IMG/VR virus record: IMGVR_UViG_3300017914_000745
Span: 1 to 31,988 of that record
Source: a virus
Taxonomy: Duplodnaviria > Caudoviricetes
Length of the DNA stretch: 31,988 nucleotides
Strand: one strand, 5' to 3'
Positions 4,267 through 14,500 of this stretch are shown here, in pieces; the stretch's first letter is position 1, and every line of letters starts with the position of its first letter. The translations under genes and the position numbers were made by a program. A model generated the notes under the pieces. It was not told the DNA's origin, made no database searches, and saw only the letters and a program-made list of their open reading frames with translations.

Positions 4267-6175
4267 AAAATTGTGTTATGCAGCAGGTTGTTTACGACCA
4301 CTGCCTCCAAAGTCAAGTAAGTTTTGTAGCACACGCTGTAGAAATAGAATTGCACAACAAAAGAAAAGAGCAAAAGCTAAAGGTATTGAGTGGACACAAG
4401 AAGATGATGTTGTCAATATACCAAGTCAAAACAATGTAAGAAAGCGTAGAGGAAAAATATATACTGATATTAAAGAATCAGGTTACGCACAACAGATATT
4501 AGAAAAAAAAGTTACTATGTCAGAAGTAGCTAAGGTGTTAGATACATCTGTAGCATCTGTGTCTATGGCATACAATGCATGGGTAGAAGATACAGAAACA
4601 GAAATAAAACAAAAGAATTGGGAAATACCACAAGTTGCAGAAAAATCATTACAAGATTTTAAAGATTTTAGAGATAGGTATTTTGAAACAGAACAAGGCA
4701 TACCTTATGAAACACCAGAGTTTCACATTAGATGGATTGAGTCAATATTAGAAGCAATAGATAAAGGTGAACAACAAATGATATTGTCACCACCACGACA
4801 TGGTAAAACAGATTTGCTTATACATTTTGTTGTATGGCTTATATGTAAAACACCTAACATAAGAATTTTATGGGTAGGTGGTAACGAAGATATTGCTAAG
4901 AACTCTTGTAGTTCTGTTATGGATCAATTAGAAAACAATGAATTATTAATAGAAGAAATATGTGGACCAGGACCTAAATTCAAACCACAAAACAGAAGTG
5001 GTAAAGCGTGGTCATCTACAGAGTTTACTGTAGGTACAAGAACAGTTACAGGTATTAAATCACCTACTATGGTAGGAATTGGTCGTGGCGGTAAGATACT
5101 GTCAAGAGACTGCGATATTATTATTGCTGATGACATTGAGGACCACAGTTCTACTATGCAACCTGCATCAAGAGAGAACACCAGAAACTGGTGGACTACA
5201 ACATTATCAAGTCGTAAAGAGGAACATACCGCTATGGTCGTTATTGGTTCTAGGCAACACTATGATGACTTGTATTCACACTTGTTAGAAAACGAATCTT
5301 GGAAAACAATTGTAGAAGAAGCACACGATACAGCATGTACATTACCTGACTGGGATGAAACAGAACATAATGATTGTATGTTGTGGTCTGGTAAAAGAAC
5401 ATACAAATGGTTAATGGACAGAAAAAGAGCAGCAGAGACAACAGGTGGTAGAGCTATATATGAAATGGTATATCTTAATGTTGCTATGCCTGATGGACTT
5501 GCTTTGTTTGACAGAGTAGAGATAGAAGAGTGTAGAGACCAAAAGAGAGACATAGGACATATACCACCAGGCATTCGTTTGATTGCAGGACTTGACCCTG
5601 CATCTACAGGTTACCAAGCTGCATTTTTGTGGGCATACAATATGGATGCAAACAAATTGTATATGGTAGATATGAACAACAGTCTTGGTGGAGGTATTCC
5701 ACAAGCACTAGAAATAATTAAAGAGTGGTGGAGTAAATACAATTTATCACATTGGGTTATAGAAGAAAATGGTTTCCAAAAAGCTATTAGACAAGATAAA
5801 AGCATAAGAGAGTTTGCATCTAGTCATGGTATATTTTTGGAAGGACATGAAACCTACAAAAACAAATTTGATCCAGTGTATGGTGTAACAGCTATGAGAC
5901 CTATGTTTCAAGAAAAAATAATTTCTTTACCATACCTTAGCTTTGAAGCACAAGAAAAGGTAAACTTATATACGAGTCAGTTAGTGTATTTTTCTTCTGC
6001 TAAAAACAAAAGCAAAAGTGTAGGTACAAAGACAGACATAGTTATGGCTAGTTGGTTTCCAATGAGAGCTATAAGAAGAATGCAAAAAGAAAAATTTGCA
6101 GAGTTAGGATATGAATACAATCCTAGCTTTACAGGCTATAATTCAAGTAATATGGATTTAGACAATTGGAGTTAA
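4256..6175 (+). CDS. terL: Terminase large subunit with N-terminal Zn-finger + HTH extension
   Basis: Walker A PPRHGKT, Walker B IIIADD, motif VIGSR, RNase H-like nuclease motifs GLDPA, IEENGFQ and DIVMA. Precedes portal. Confidence 0.95.
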   Translation: MADKKLCYAAGCLRPLPPKSSKFCSTRCRNRIAQQKKRAKAKGIEWTQEDDVVNIPSQNNVRKRRGKIYTDIKESGYAQQILEKKVTMSEVAKVLDTSVASVSMAYNAWVEDTETEIKQKNWEIPQVAEKSLQDFKDFRDRYFETEQGIPYETPEFHIRWIESILEAIDKGEQQMILSPPRHGKTDLLIHFVVWLICKTPNIRILWVGGNEDIAKNSCSSVMDQLENNELLIEEICGPGPKFKPQNRSGKAWSSTEFTVGTRTVTGIKSPTMVGIGRGGKILSRDCDIIIADDIEDHSSTMQPASRENTRNWWTTTLSSRKEEHTAMVVIGSRQHYDDLYSHLLENESWKTIVEEAHDTACTLPDWDETEHNDCMLWSGKRTYKWLMDRKRAAETTGGRAIYEMVYLNVAMPDGLALFDRVEIEECRDQKRDIGHIPPGIRLIAGLDPASTGYQAAFLWAYNMDANKLYMVDMNNSLGGGIPQALEIIKEWWSKYNLSHWVIEENGFQKAIRQDKSIREFASSHGIFLEGHETYKNKFDPVYGVTAMRPMFQEKIISLPYLSFEAQEKVNLYTSQLVYFSSAKNKSKSVGTKTDIVMASWFPMRAIRRMQKEKFAELGYEYNPSFTGYNSSNMDLDNWS

Positions 6176-6179
6176 CTAA

Positions 6180-7940
6180 GTGTTGAACAGCGATCAGATA
6201 TACGACAGAATAGATTATTTAAGAGTTATTAATCAAGACCAAATGATTGATAGATCAAGAATTAGAGACATTATGAATGGTGGTGAAGCTGGAGTACAAG
6301 CATTACTAGGTAGGTCAACAAATGTAGAATATCACGAACTACCAGCACCTAATTTATTTTTAACCGCACTAGAAAGATTTGCACAAAAATTAGGTAGAAG
6401 TCCAGATCTTAAAGTAGATATAATTAATCAAAAAGATTCAGAGAGAGCAAAGAAAAAATCTGAAAAACTAGAACGAATAGTTATGGCATATGACAAGAAT
6501 CAAAAATTGCATATGCAGTTACCACAAGTTGGTAGATGGTTACCAGGTTATGGATTTGTTGTATGGGTAATAAAACATCAAAAAGATAAAGATGGTAACC
6601 CATATCCATACGCAGAGTTAAGAGATCCATTTAGTTGTTATCCAGGATATTTTGGTAATGACCAACAACCTAAAGAACTTGCAATAATAACTAGAGTTCC
6701 ACATAAAGTTTTAGCGGATCAATATCCAGAAGCTAAACCATACATATATGCACAAGAAAATAATGATGGGTTTCAAAATCCATACTCTGCAATAATTGAT
6801 GGCTCTGATAAATCAGGTAGTTGGGCTAACTCAACAGGTCATGGCAAAGTTGTAGTAGAGTACATGAACGAAGATGGTACATATGTGTATCTACCAGAAA
6901 ATAAAAAAGTTATTGACTTTATGGAAAATCCATTAAAATCTGGTCCATGTTTTGTTATAGCTAAAAGATATAGTTTTGATCAAATGCAATCGCAATTCCA
7001 ACACATCACTGGTCTTATGGCAAATATGGCAAAGATTAACATACTTGGAACTATTGCTATGGAAGATGCAGTATTTACAGAAACAAACATTATTGGTGAG
7101 ATTGAATCAGGAAAATATAGAAAAGGCAGATTTGCTGTTAACTATTTAACACCTGGTTCGCAAGTGTCAAAGCCAGTCAACAATTTACCTTATCAATTAT
7201 TTCAACAAGTAGATAGACTTGAAAGACACTTGCGACTTGGTGCAGCATATCCTGTATCTGATGATGGACAATCTCCTAACGCATTTGTTACAGGTAGAGG
7301 ACTAGAAGAACTAGGACAATCTGCATCACTGCATGTAAGAGAATATCAATCTGTATTAGCAAATGCATTAGAGGAACTAGATTCTAAACGATTAGAATAT
7401 GATGAAGTTATGTTTGGTAACAGAAGAAAACCAATAGCTGGTTTTCACAATGGTACAGCATATAGAGAAAACTACACACCATCAGCAGATATAAAAGAGT
7501 TTTACACAACAAGAAGAGTCTATGGTGTTATGGCAGGTTTTGATGAACCACAAAAAATTATTACAGGGTTGCAATTAAAACAACAGGGCATAATTGATAC
7601 ACAAACACTACAAGAAAATATGGATGGTTTAGATAACATAACTAAGATACAACAAAGAATATCTGCGGAAAAAGCAGAGACAGTATTGTTTGAATCATTA
7701 ATGGCACAAGCTGCACAAGGAGATCCTAAAGCTACAATGGCAGCTATAGAAATTAGGAAAAATCCACAAAACATGACAAAGATTATGGACAAGTTTTATA
7801 CGCCAGAAGAACCAGCTATGACAGAAGAAGAAATGTTATTAGCACAACAACAAGCAGCAGGTGTACCACAAGGACCAGTTGCTGAACCAGATATAGCAAG
7901 TGTGTTAGCTGGATTAGCAGGTGGTGGTCCAGTTGCCTGA
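6180..7940 (+). CDS. Portal (head-tail connector) protein
   Basis: 586 aa immediately after terL. Helical composition, TGRG motif and Q/A/P-rich C-terminus typical of podovirus portals. Confidence 0.85.
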   Translation: MLNSDQIYDRIDYLRVINQDQMIDRSRIRDIMNGGEAGVQALLGRSTNVEYHELPAPNLFLTALERFAQKLGRSPDLKVDIINQKDSERAKKKSEKLERIVMAYDKNQKLHMQLPQVGRWLPGYGFVVWVIKHQKDKDGNPYPYAELRDPFSCYPGYFGNDQQPKELAIITRVPHKVLADQYPEAKPYIYAQENNDGFQNPYSAIIDGSDKSGSWANSTGHGKVVVEYMNEDGTYVYLPENKKVIDFMENPLKSGPCFVIAKRYSFDQMQSQFQHITGLMANMAKINILGTIAMEDAVFTETNIIGEIESGKYRKGRFAVNYLTPGSQVSKPVNNLPYQLFQQVDRLERHLRLGAAYPVSDDGQSPNAFVTGRGLEELGQSASLHVREYQSVLANALEELDSKRLEYDEVMFGNRRKPIAGFHNGTAYRENYTPSADIKEFYTTRRVYGVMAGFDEPQKIITGLQLKQQGIIDTQTLQENMDGLDNITKIQQRISAEKAETVLFESLMAQAAQGDPKATMAAIEIRKNPQNMTKIMDKFYTPEEPAMTEEEMLLAQQQAAGVPQGPVAEPDIASVLAGLAGGGPVA

Positions 7941-8145
7941 TATTAATAAAAAGTTTTTTGATATAATAAATCAAGAAGATTGGGATATAGAATTAGAAGA
8001 TGTTGATCCAACTATACAAAAAGAATATATATCACAAACTGATGTACCATTAGGTAATATGTTTTTGCCTACACCAATACCAGGTGTGTGGATAAGTTTA
8101 TCTTTAGGTTTTGAAATAGAAAATCCAGAGGAGGATCGGTGGTAA
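7921..8145 (+). CDS. Small acidic hypothetical protein (true start possibly TTG 7933)
   Basis: ORF track. Overlaps both neighbours in the operon. Confidence 0.65.
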   Translation: MVVQLPDINKKFFDIINQEDWDIELEDVDPTIQKEYISQTDVPLGNMFLPTPIPGVWISLSLGFEIENPEEDRW

Positions 8146-8516
8146 GAAAACCAAGTAAATTAAAACAAAATACTGATGCAAAAGTAGATGGTGCATACGC
8201 TGATATTGTTGTGCCACCACAAGCAAAAGGTGATCCAATTGGACAAACAAAAGATTTACAAACACAAGTAGATGCTGTTGGTGGTCCATTAGCACAAGAA
8301 GTTGCAGCTACAGGCGGTATGCCAAATGTAGATAATGTACCAGTTATGTTAGGAGACCAATTATTTGAATCTCCTACACAATTACCAAATCAACCAGGCA
8401 ATACAATAACAGATACATCACAAATATTTAATGCAGAAGCAAACAGGGTAGAAGTATTAAAAAATATAATATTGGAAAAATATCCACATAGATCAATTAA
8501 AAACAGGTTGTTATGA
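8139..8516 (+). CDS. Hypothetical protein, possible small virion/core protein (125 aa)
   Basis: SD GAGGAGG before GTG. ATGA-type overlap with the next gene. Confidence 0.8.
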   Translation: MVRKPSKLKQNTDAKVDGAYADIVVPPQAKGDPIGQTKDLQTQVDAVGGPLAQEVAATGGMPNVDNVPVMLGDQLFESPTQLPNQPGNTITDTSQIFNAEANRVEVLKNIILEKYPHRSIKNRLL

Positions 8517-11500
8517 GTTATTTCACTAAGTGGAGTGAAGATTGGCTTAACGCAAAAAATGAAAGAGAAGCACTTAGTCAATTCCAAAACAATGAAGAAC
8601 AAATTGTAAATACTGATGCGTTAAGTAATAGATATTACGAATTAGAAAAATTTAATCCAAGAGAAGATGAAAACTTATTAGCAGCATTAGCTAGTGAAGG
8701 TGCTACTAATACTGACTATTACAATTTGTGGAAAACAACTAATAACAAAGATTACAGAAAATATAGTGGTTATGTGCCAACAGAAGCAAAAGAACATACT
8801 TCTTTTGTAAAATCTGCATTAGCATCAGATTATAGAAATCCATTAAAAATAGGATCATTAGTAAAAAAAGGTTTAGATGCTAGATACCCTGGAACTAATT
8901 TTTCTAGTCTTTTATGGAATGGTGCATTACTAGCATTAGAATCAGTTACTTATCCATTTCAAAGTATTTTTGGTCCAGCTATGGGTATTGAATATGAAGC
9001 AGCAGCAGATCGTATTTTAAAAAATAGAGGTGATACATCTGGTGCAAGAAGTTTTAGAAGTTATCCTGGAGAACAAGGAGAACAAAAAAAATTACCTTGG
9101 TCTATTAAAGCAAGAGCAGGTTTAGAAGCATATGTAAAAGGTTATGGTTTATCTGGTACAGCAGGTGCTATAGCTGGTGCTAAATTAGGTGCAACAACAG
9201 GTAGTGTAGCAGGACCAGTAGGTACAGTTGCAGGTGCTGGATTAGGTGCAATAGGTGGTGCTGTAATTGGTGCAGTAGGACAAGCTATTGTTGGTAGTGG
9301 TTACGAAAATAATCCAGGTATTAAAAATGATTTTATAAGATTTGCACCAAGTGAGTCAGCATTAGAGTATTTAGCAGAAATAGGTGTTGATTACAAAAAA
9401 CTAGAAGAAGATAATAAAACTAATTTAGGTGCTATTTTGGAAGCTGCACCAGATATATATAACAAAAATTTACAAGTAATTACTGATGGTAAAAAAAGAG
9501 AATTAACATTCGAGGAAAAAGCTGAAGTATTTTATTTAACTGCAAATGAATTATTGGCAGCACCATTATCAGAAGAGAAATCTGCAATAGAAATATTTAA
9601 CACAGGCAGAAGCGTAAATGTTCCACAATTTTTTAATAGAAGTCAAGTTTTAAATGATGCTATAAAAAGCAGAGATGGTTTGTATGCACAGGGTGTAACA
9701 GCAAATGTAGGAGATTATTACAGAATGGCATTGTTAGGAAGTATGGAAAATAAATATTCTCCTAAGTATGCACTTACAGAAGAAATAGATGAAGCATACG
9801 AAATATCTGTTTTAGCTATTAGACAACTATTAGCACAAGGAGATATTACAGAAGATCAACAAAAAGAATTATTAGAAGATATAGAAACAACTGCTAATGA
9901 AATGTATTCAGAACTTAAATTCAATCCAGACACAAAAGGTGCTGGTAGATTATTATCAGGATTGTTAAATTTTTATGTAATGTACAAAACAGATTTGTTT
10001 GTAATGGGAAGTAAGGGTGTTGGTGTTGCAGGTAAAAGTGTAGATACAGATGTAGTGTTAGCAGGATTAGGTAAACAATATAATGATGAAGTTATTAAAG
10101 GCGGAATGGAAGTGTCAGAGTGGTGGGCTAAGAATGATGATGCATTAAGAGGATGGACTAATAAATTTCAACAATTAATGGAAGAATCACCAGATGCACC
10201 AGCATTGTTAGCTATGGTAGAAAATGGTATGCATCCAGAGTTTGCATTAAGATTAGTAGATAATCCAAGTGCAACTTACGATATATTAAAACAAGGAGTC
10301 ACAGAAGGATTTGTTGCTGATGTAAGAGCAGGTTCACGAACTATACCAGGTAGTAAAGGTCCTATTGGTGGTGAAACAGTTGGTGATGCAGTGCAATATG
10401 CGTTACAACCTAAAGTGTTAGATGATGCTTTTATAGATAATATTGCAGAACTTATGAAGGGTAATGTAGATGAAGTATTTAACAAAGCTGCATATTCAAG
10501 AACTGGTAGTATTTTAGATATATTTTTAGGAAGAGATAGAAGATTACCTTCTATGCCATGGGGTGACTTATCTAACCCACAAAATGCAGCAGATACATTT
10601 TTTAAAGTTGGAAACATGTTATCTATACCAGATCCAATAATAGAAAAATATTTAAGACAATTTGTTCGTGCAGTTCAAAATGGAGACCAAGCTCTTGCAC
10701 AAAAAATATATTATGATGATTTACTCAAAGTAGAAGGTGCAATACAACTTAAAGCATTGTTTGGTTTGGCAGATGATGAGATAGCAAACTTTATGCAAAA
10801 AAACATAGATGAAGTTAGAGGGTTCGGTGTTGAAGGTGGTATATATAATGCTTCTATATTAAACAAATTTAGAGACCCTGATTTTGTAAATGTAATTGTT
10901 AAAAAAACATTTGGTAATTTGTTTGCTAATGAAGAAGATTTAATTAAATTTTCAGAAAAGTTTATTTCTATAATTGGACAAACAAGAGATATGTCTATTG
11001 CTGTACCTAACCTAAGACAAACATTACGATACACAGGATTAAAAAGAAAACTTAGAAACAGATGGAGTGGCTCAAAGACAGTAGATGAAAGTATAGCAGA
11101 AATTAGAAAAGCACATGATGAAGGTGTGCCTGGAACATTTTTTGACCCAGATACACCTTTAGGAGAAATTACAAAAGGTGCATTTGCTGATATGAAAGAC
11201 CCATCAGCTATTTATAAAGGTCTTGAAACAACTATAGGTCTTGCTGAAACAGGATTATTTACCGCAGTATCAAGAGGTTGGATGCCATTACAGTTGTTGT
11301 TTAGATTATCTTTTCCATTAAAAGTTATGTTAGATGGACAACTAAGAATGTCAGCATTAGGGATAGACTCACTATTTAGAAATCCTGTCGGTTTACTTAA
11401 ATTACTTGCGAATGACCCTGAAGGTTATTTAGCAAAAGGATTAGGTATAGATGTATACACTGGACTCAAAGGACCATTTAGAACTGTGTCAGAAAAAGGT

Positions 11501-14500
11501 CCAGAATTTTTACCAAGATCAATGCGTAAAGTCATGAACCTAGTAAAAGAAGGTAAACAAGAATATTCTATTCCAGAGGTTATGGCTATGTTTGCAAGAG
11601 ACCCTAAGTTTACATCACAGTTTACAAAACCAACTGACCTATGGGAAGAGTCATTAAAACAAGGTACAAAAAATGTTAAGTTAAAAGATGGCACAGTATT
11701 ACCTTTTGTACCAAATGATGAATACATAGAATCTTATGTAGATTTTTTAGTTACACAATTAGCACATGATCCACTAATGCCAACAGTAGCAAGAGGATTA
11801 AGAGAAGGTTTAACAGATGATGAAATTGTAAAACAAATACTTGATAGTCAAGAACTTACACAAGAACTGTTAACACTAAATCAAAGAATTATTGCAAGAA
11901 ATCAAAAAAATGGTGGCGTTAAGATAGTAAAAATAATAGAAGATGACACAGATGTAGCAAATATAGTTGCACAATATAGACAAACTATAAATGGATTTGC
12001 TGGTGGTAGTGATGACATTATTGATGTTATTGCAAGTGGCACAATAAAAGGTATAGATTTAAAGAGTTTTAGTGTATTAAAACAAACACAAGCAACAAAA
12101 GCTAAAAACGAAATACAAAAAATTATGCAACCAGTATATGAAGATTTACCTAGCTCTGTACCAATGATAAGTAAGAATGTTAATAAAGAAGCAGCTAATT
12201 TTGTTACTGCATTTTTTGACAGTATGTTTTTTGCTGTAGGTCAGCTTGAAGCAGTATGGTCCAGAATACCTACATTTAAACAAGCATACTTTTATTTCTT
12301 AGAAAACAATATACCATTTGCACAAAAGGAAGCATTAGCAGAATTACTAGCAAAACATTTTGATCCAGAGAGTGTAATTAAATTACCAGACAATATTGTA
12401 CAGTTAGCAAAAGAAAACCTAGAAGCAGCAAGAATAACACCAGAAGAATTGCAATCTATAATGAATGCAAAAGTACCAGTAAAACTACAATACAATACTA
12501 ACTCAATAGATACAGTTCTTTACAACACAGAGGGATTGTTTGATGTTAGATTGTTTAGAGGTACATCTGCTACAGATGAGATAGTATTTGATTTAGATTT
12601 ACAAAAAGCAGAATTTACAGCTTTTAAAACTGAAAGAGAAATAGCTAATGTAAGAGCAGGTGCGAACAATACAAAAATATCTGCATATGCAGCATCTATA
12701 CATGATGAAGCTCTAATAGTAAATGGTGGTTTGTCAGAACAACAACTGTCAAAGTTAAAAGAAAACTTAACTACAAAATTAGAAAATGATGCACTTGTTG
12801 ACAAGATAATAGATGATTTTGCAAAAGCATTAGAAGATAACCCAAGTATGTCATATGCAGAAATATTAGAAAGATTGGGTATTAGTAACAAAGAATTTAA
12901 TATTGCCAAAATTACAGATGATTTAAGAAAAGGTAGGCACAAAGATGGAGATGTAAACCCAGCAATAATTAAAAGAGTTTTAGATTTAGATACCAAAAAA
13001 GCAATACCAAATAAAAAAATAATAGATGGTCAAGAAAAAGATATATGGAATGATGCATCATCTGGTGATTTTGGTGGTAGTTATGATTTAAGTAAAAAAG
13101 TATCAGATTCACAAGACATGGATTTATTAGAAGGAATATATGTTAGTCCATATAAAACTAGAGAAAAAACATTCAGATCACTTGATGAATTAGAAACAGG
13201 AACTATTGCACCAGTAGAAATAGAAAAAATGGAATTTACTCCACAAGTTATAAAAGAATTTATTGAAGCTAACAAAGTTGTATTAAGAAAACAAAACCAT
13301 TATCTAGGTATATGGGATGATGGTAAAAAAGTATACATGGATGTTTCTATAAAAATTCCATTAAGAGAACAAAGAGGGTTACTAGATCAACAAATTGCTA
13401 AAGCTATGTATGTAGGTTTGTTATCAGAACAAGAAGCTATAGCTGTTATTAAAAAAGTATCTACTCCTACTGTAGGTGCAGATGGTAAACAAGTAGTTGT
13501 AGAGACATTAGAGAAAACATTTCCACAAGTTTACAAAAAAAATGGAGTTGCTACACACACATCATTAAATTACATAAAACAATATGGAACAGAGTTATTA
13601 GAAAATATTAATAAACTTAATTCATTAATTAGAAACACTGGTGTTGGACCAATAGTTAAAGGTAAAAGAGGTAAAGTTAACAGTAACAATGTGTTATTTA
13701 GTTCAGGTATGCATGGTAATTTAAACACTGTAGATGATGCTAATAAATTAATATTGTTTGGTGGTAAAGATAATCCACAACTTAACAAACTTACACAAGT
13801 AGATTATTTTTCTATGTTAGATTTGCATGGAGTTAGATCTAATCTAAAAAGAAATATGACCTTTGATGATTTAGACAGGAGAGCAGCAGAATATGGATAT
13901 GAGCTACATAACAGATTGTTGTATAACTTACTAGAAAGAGGTTATTTAGCTGAAGCATATCGTGTTGCATTACCATTCTTTGAAGCATATAGAGAGGTGT
14001 TAGGTAGATATGCAACATTAGGTGCAGTCAATACTAGAGCAGCAGCACAAGTATCACATGTTTATCGCAGAGGTGTAGAAACAAATATTATATATGAAGA
14101 TAAGTATGGAGAAAAATATCTAATACTACCAGTCGGAGGTACACCATTAGAAGATTATGTTAAGTCTGAAGGTAGAGGTACATGGGTAAATGATATGGAT
14201 GTAGATGATTCTAAAGTTATATTAAAAAGAGGTATACCAATATCTGCATTAGGTGTAGCAGGTGGAGGTTTATATCCACCATTAGGACCAGTAGTAGCAC
14301 TGCCAGTAGGTTATTTAACTAAAGATAAACCAGATCTTCGTAGAATGTTTGAACGAACAATATTCCAGTTTGGTTTACCATTTGAATCAAGAGGAGACAC
14401 ATTTGTTGGTGAAGCATTAGAAGAATCAATGCCATCAGTAGGTAGAAATTTATTAGGTGCAATATTTGGTGAAGATTCACCATCATTTGGTTTAGATGAA

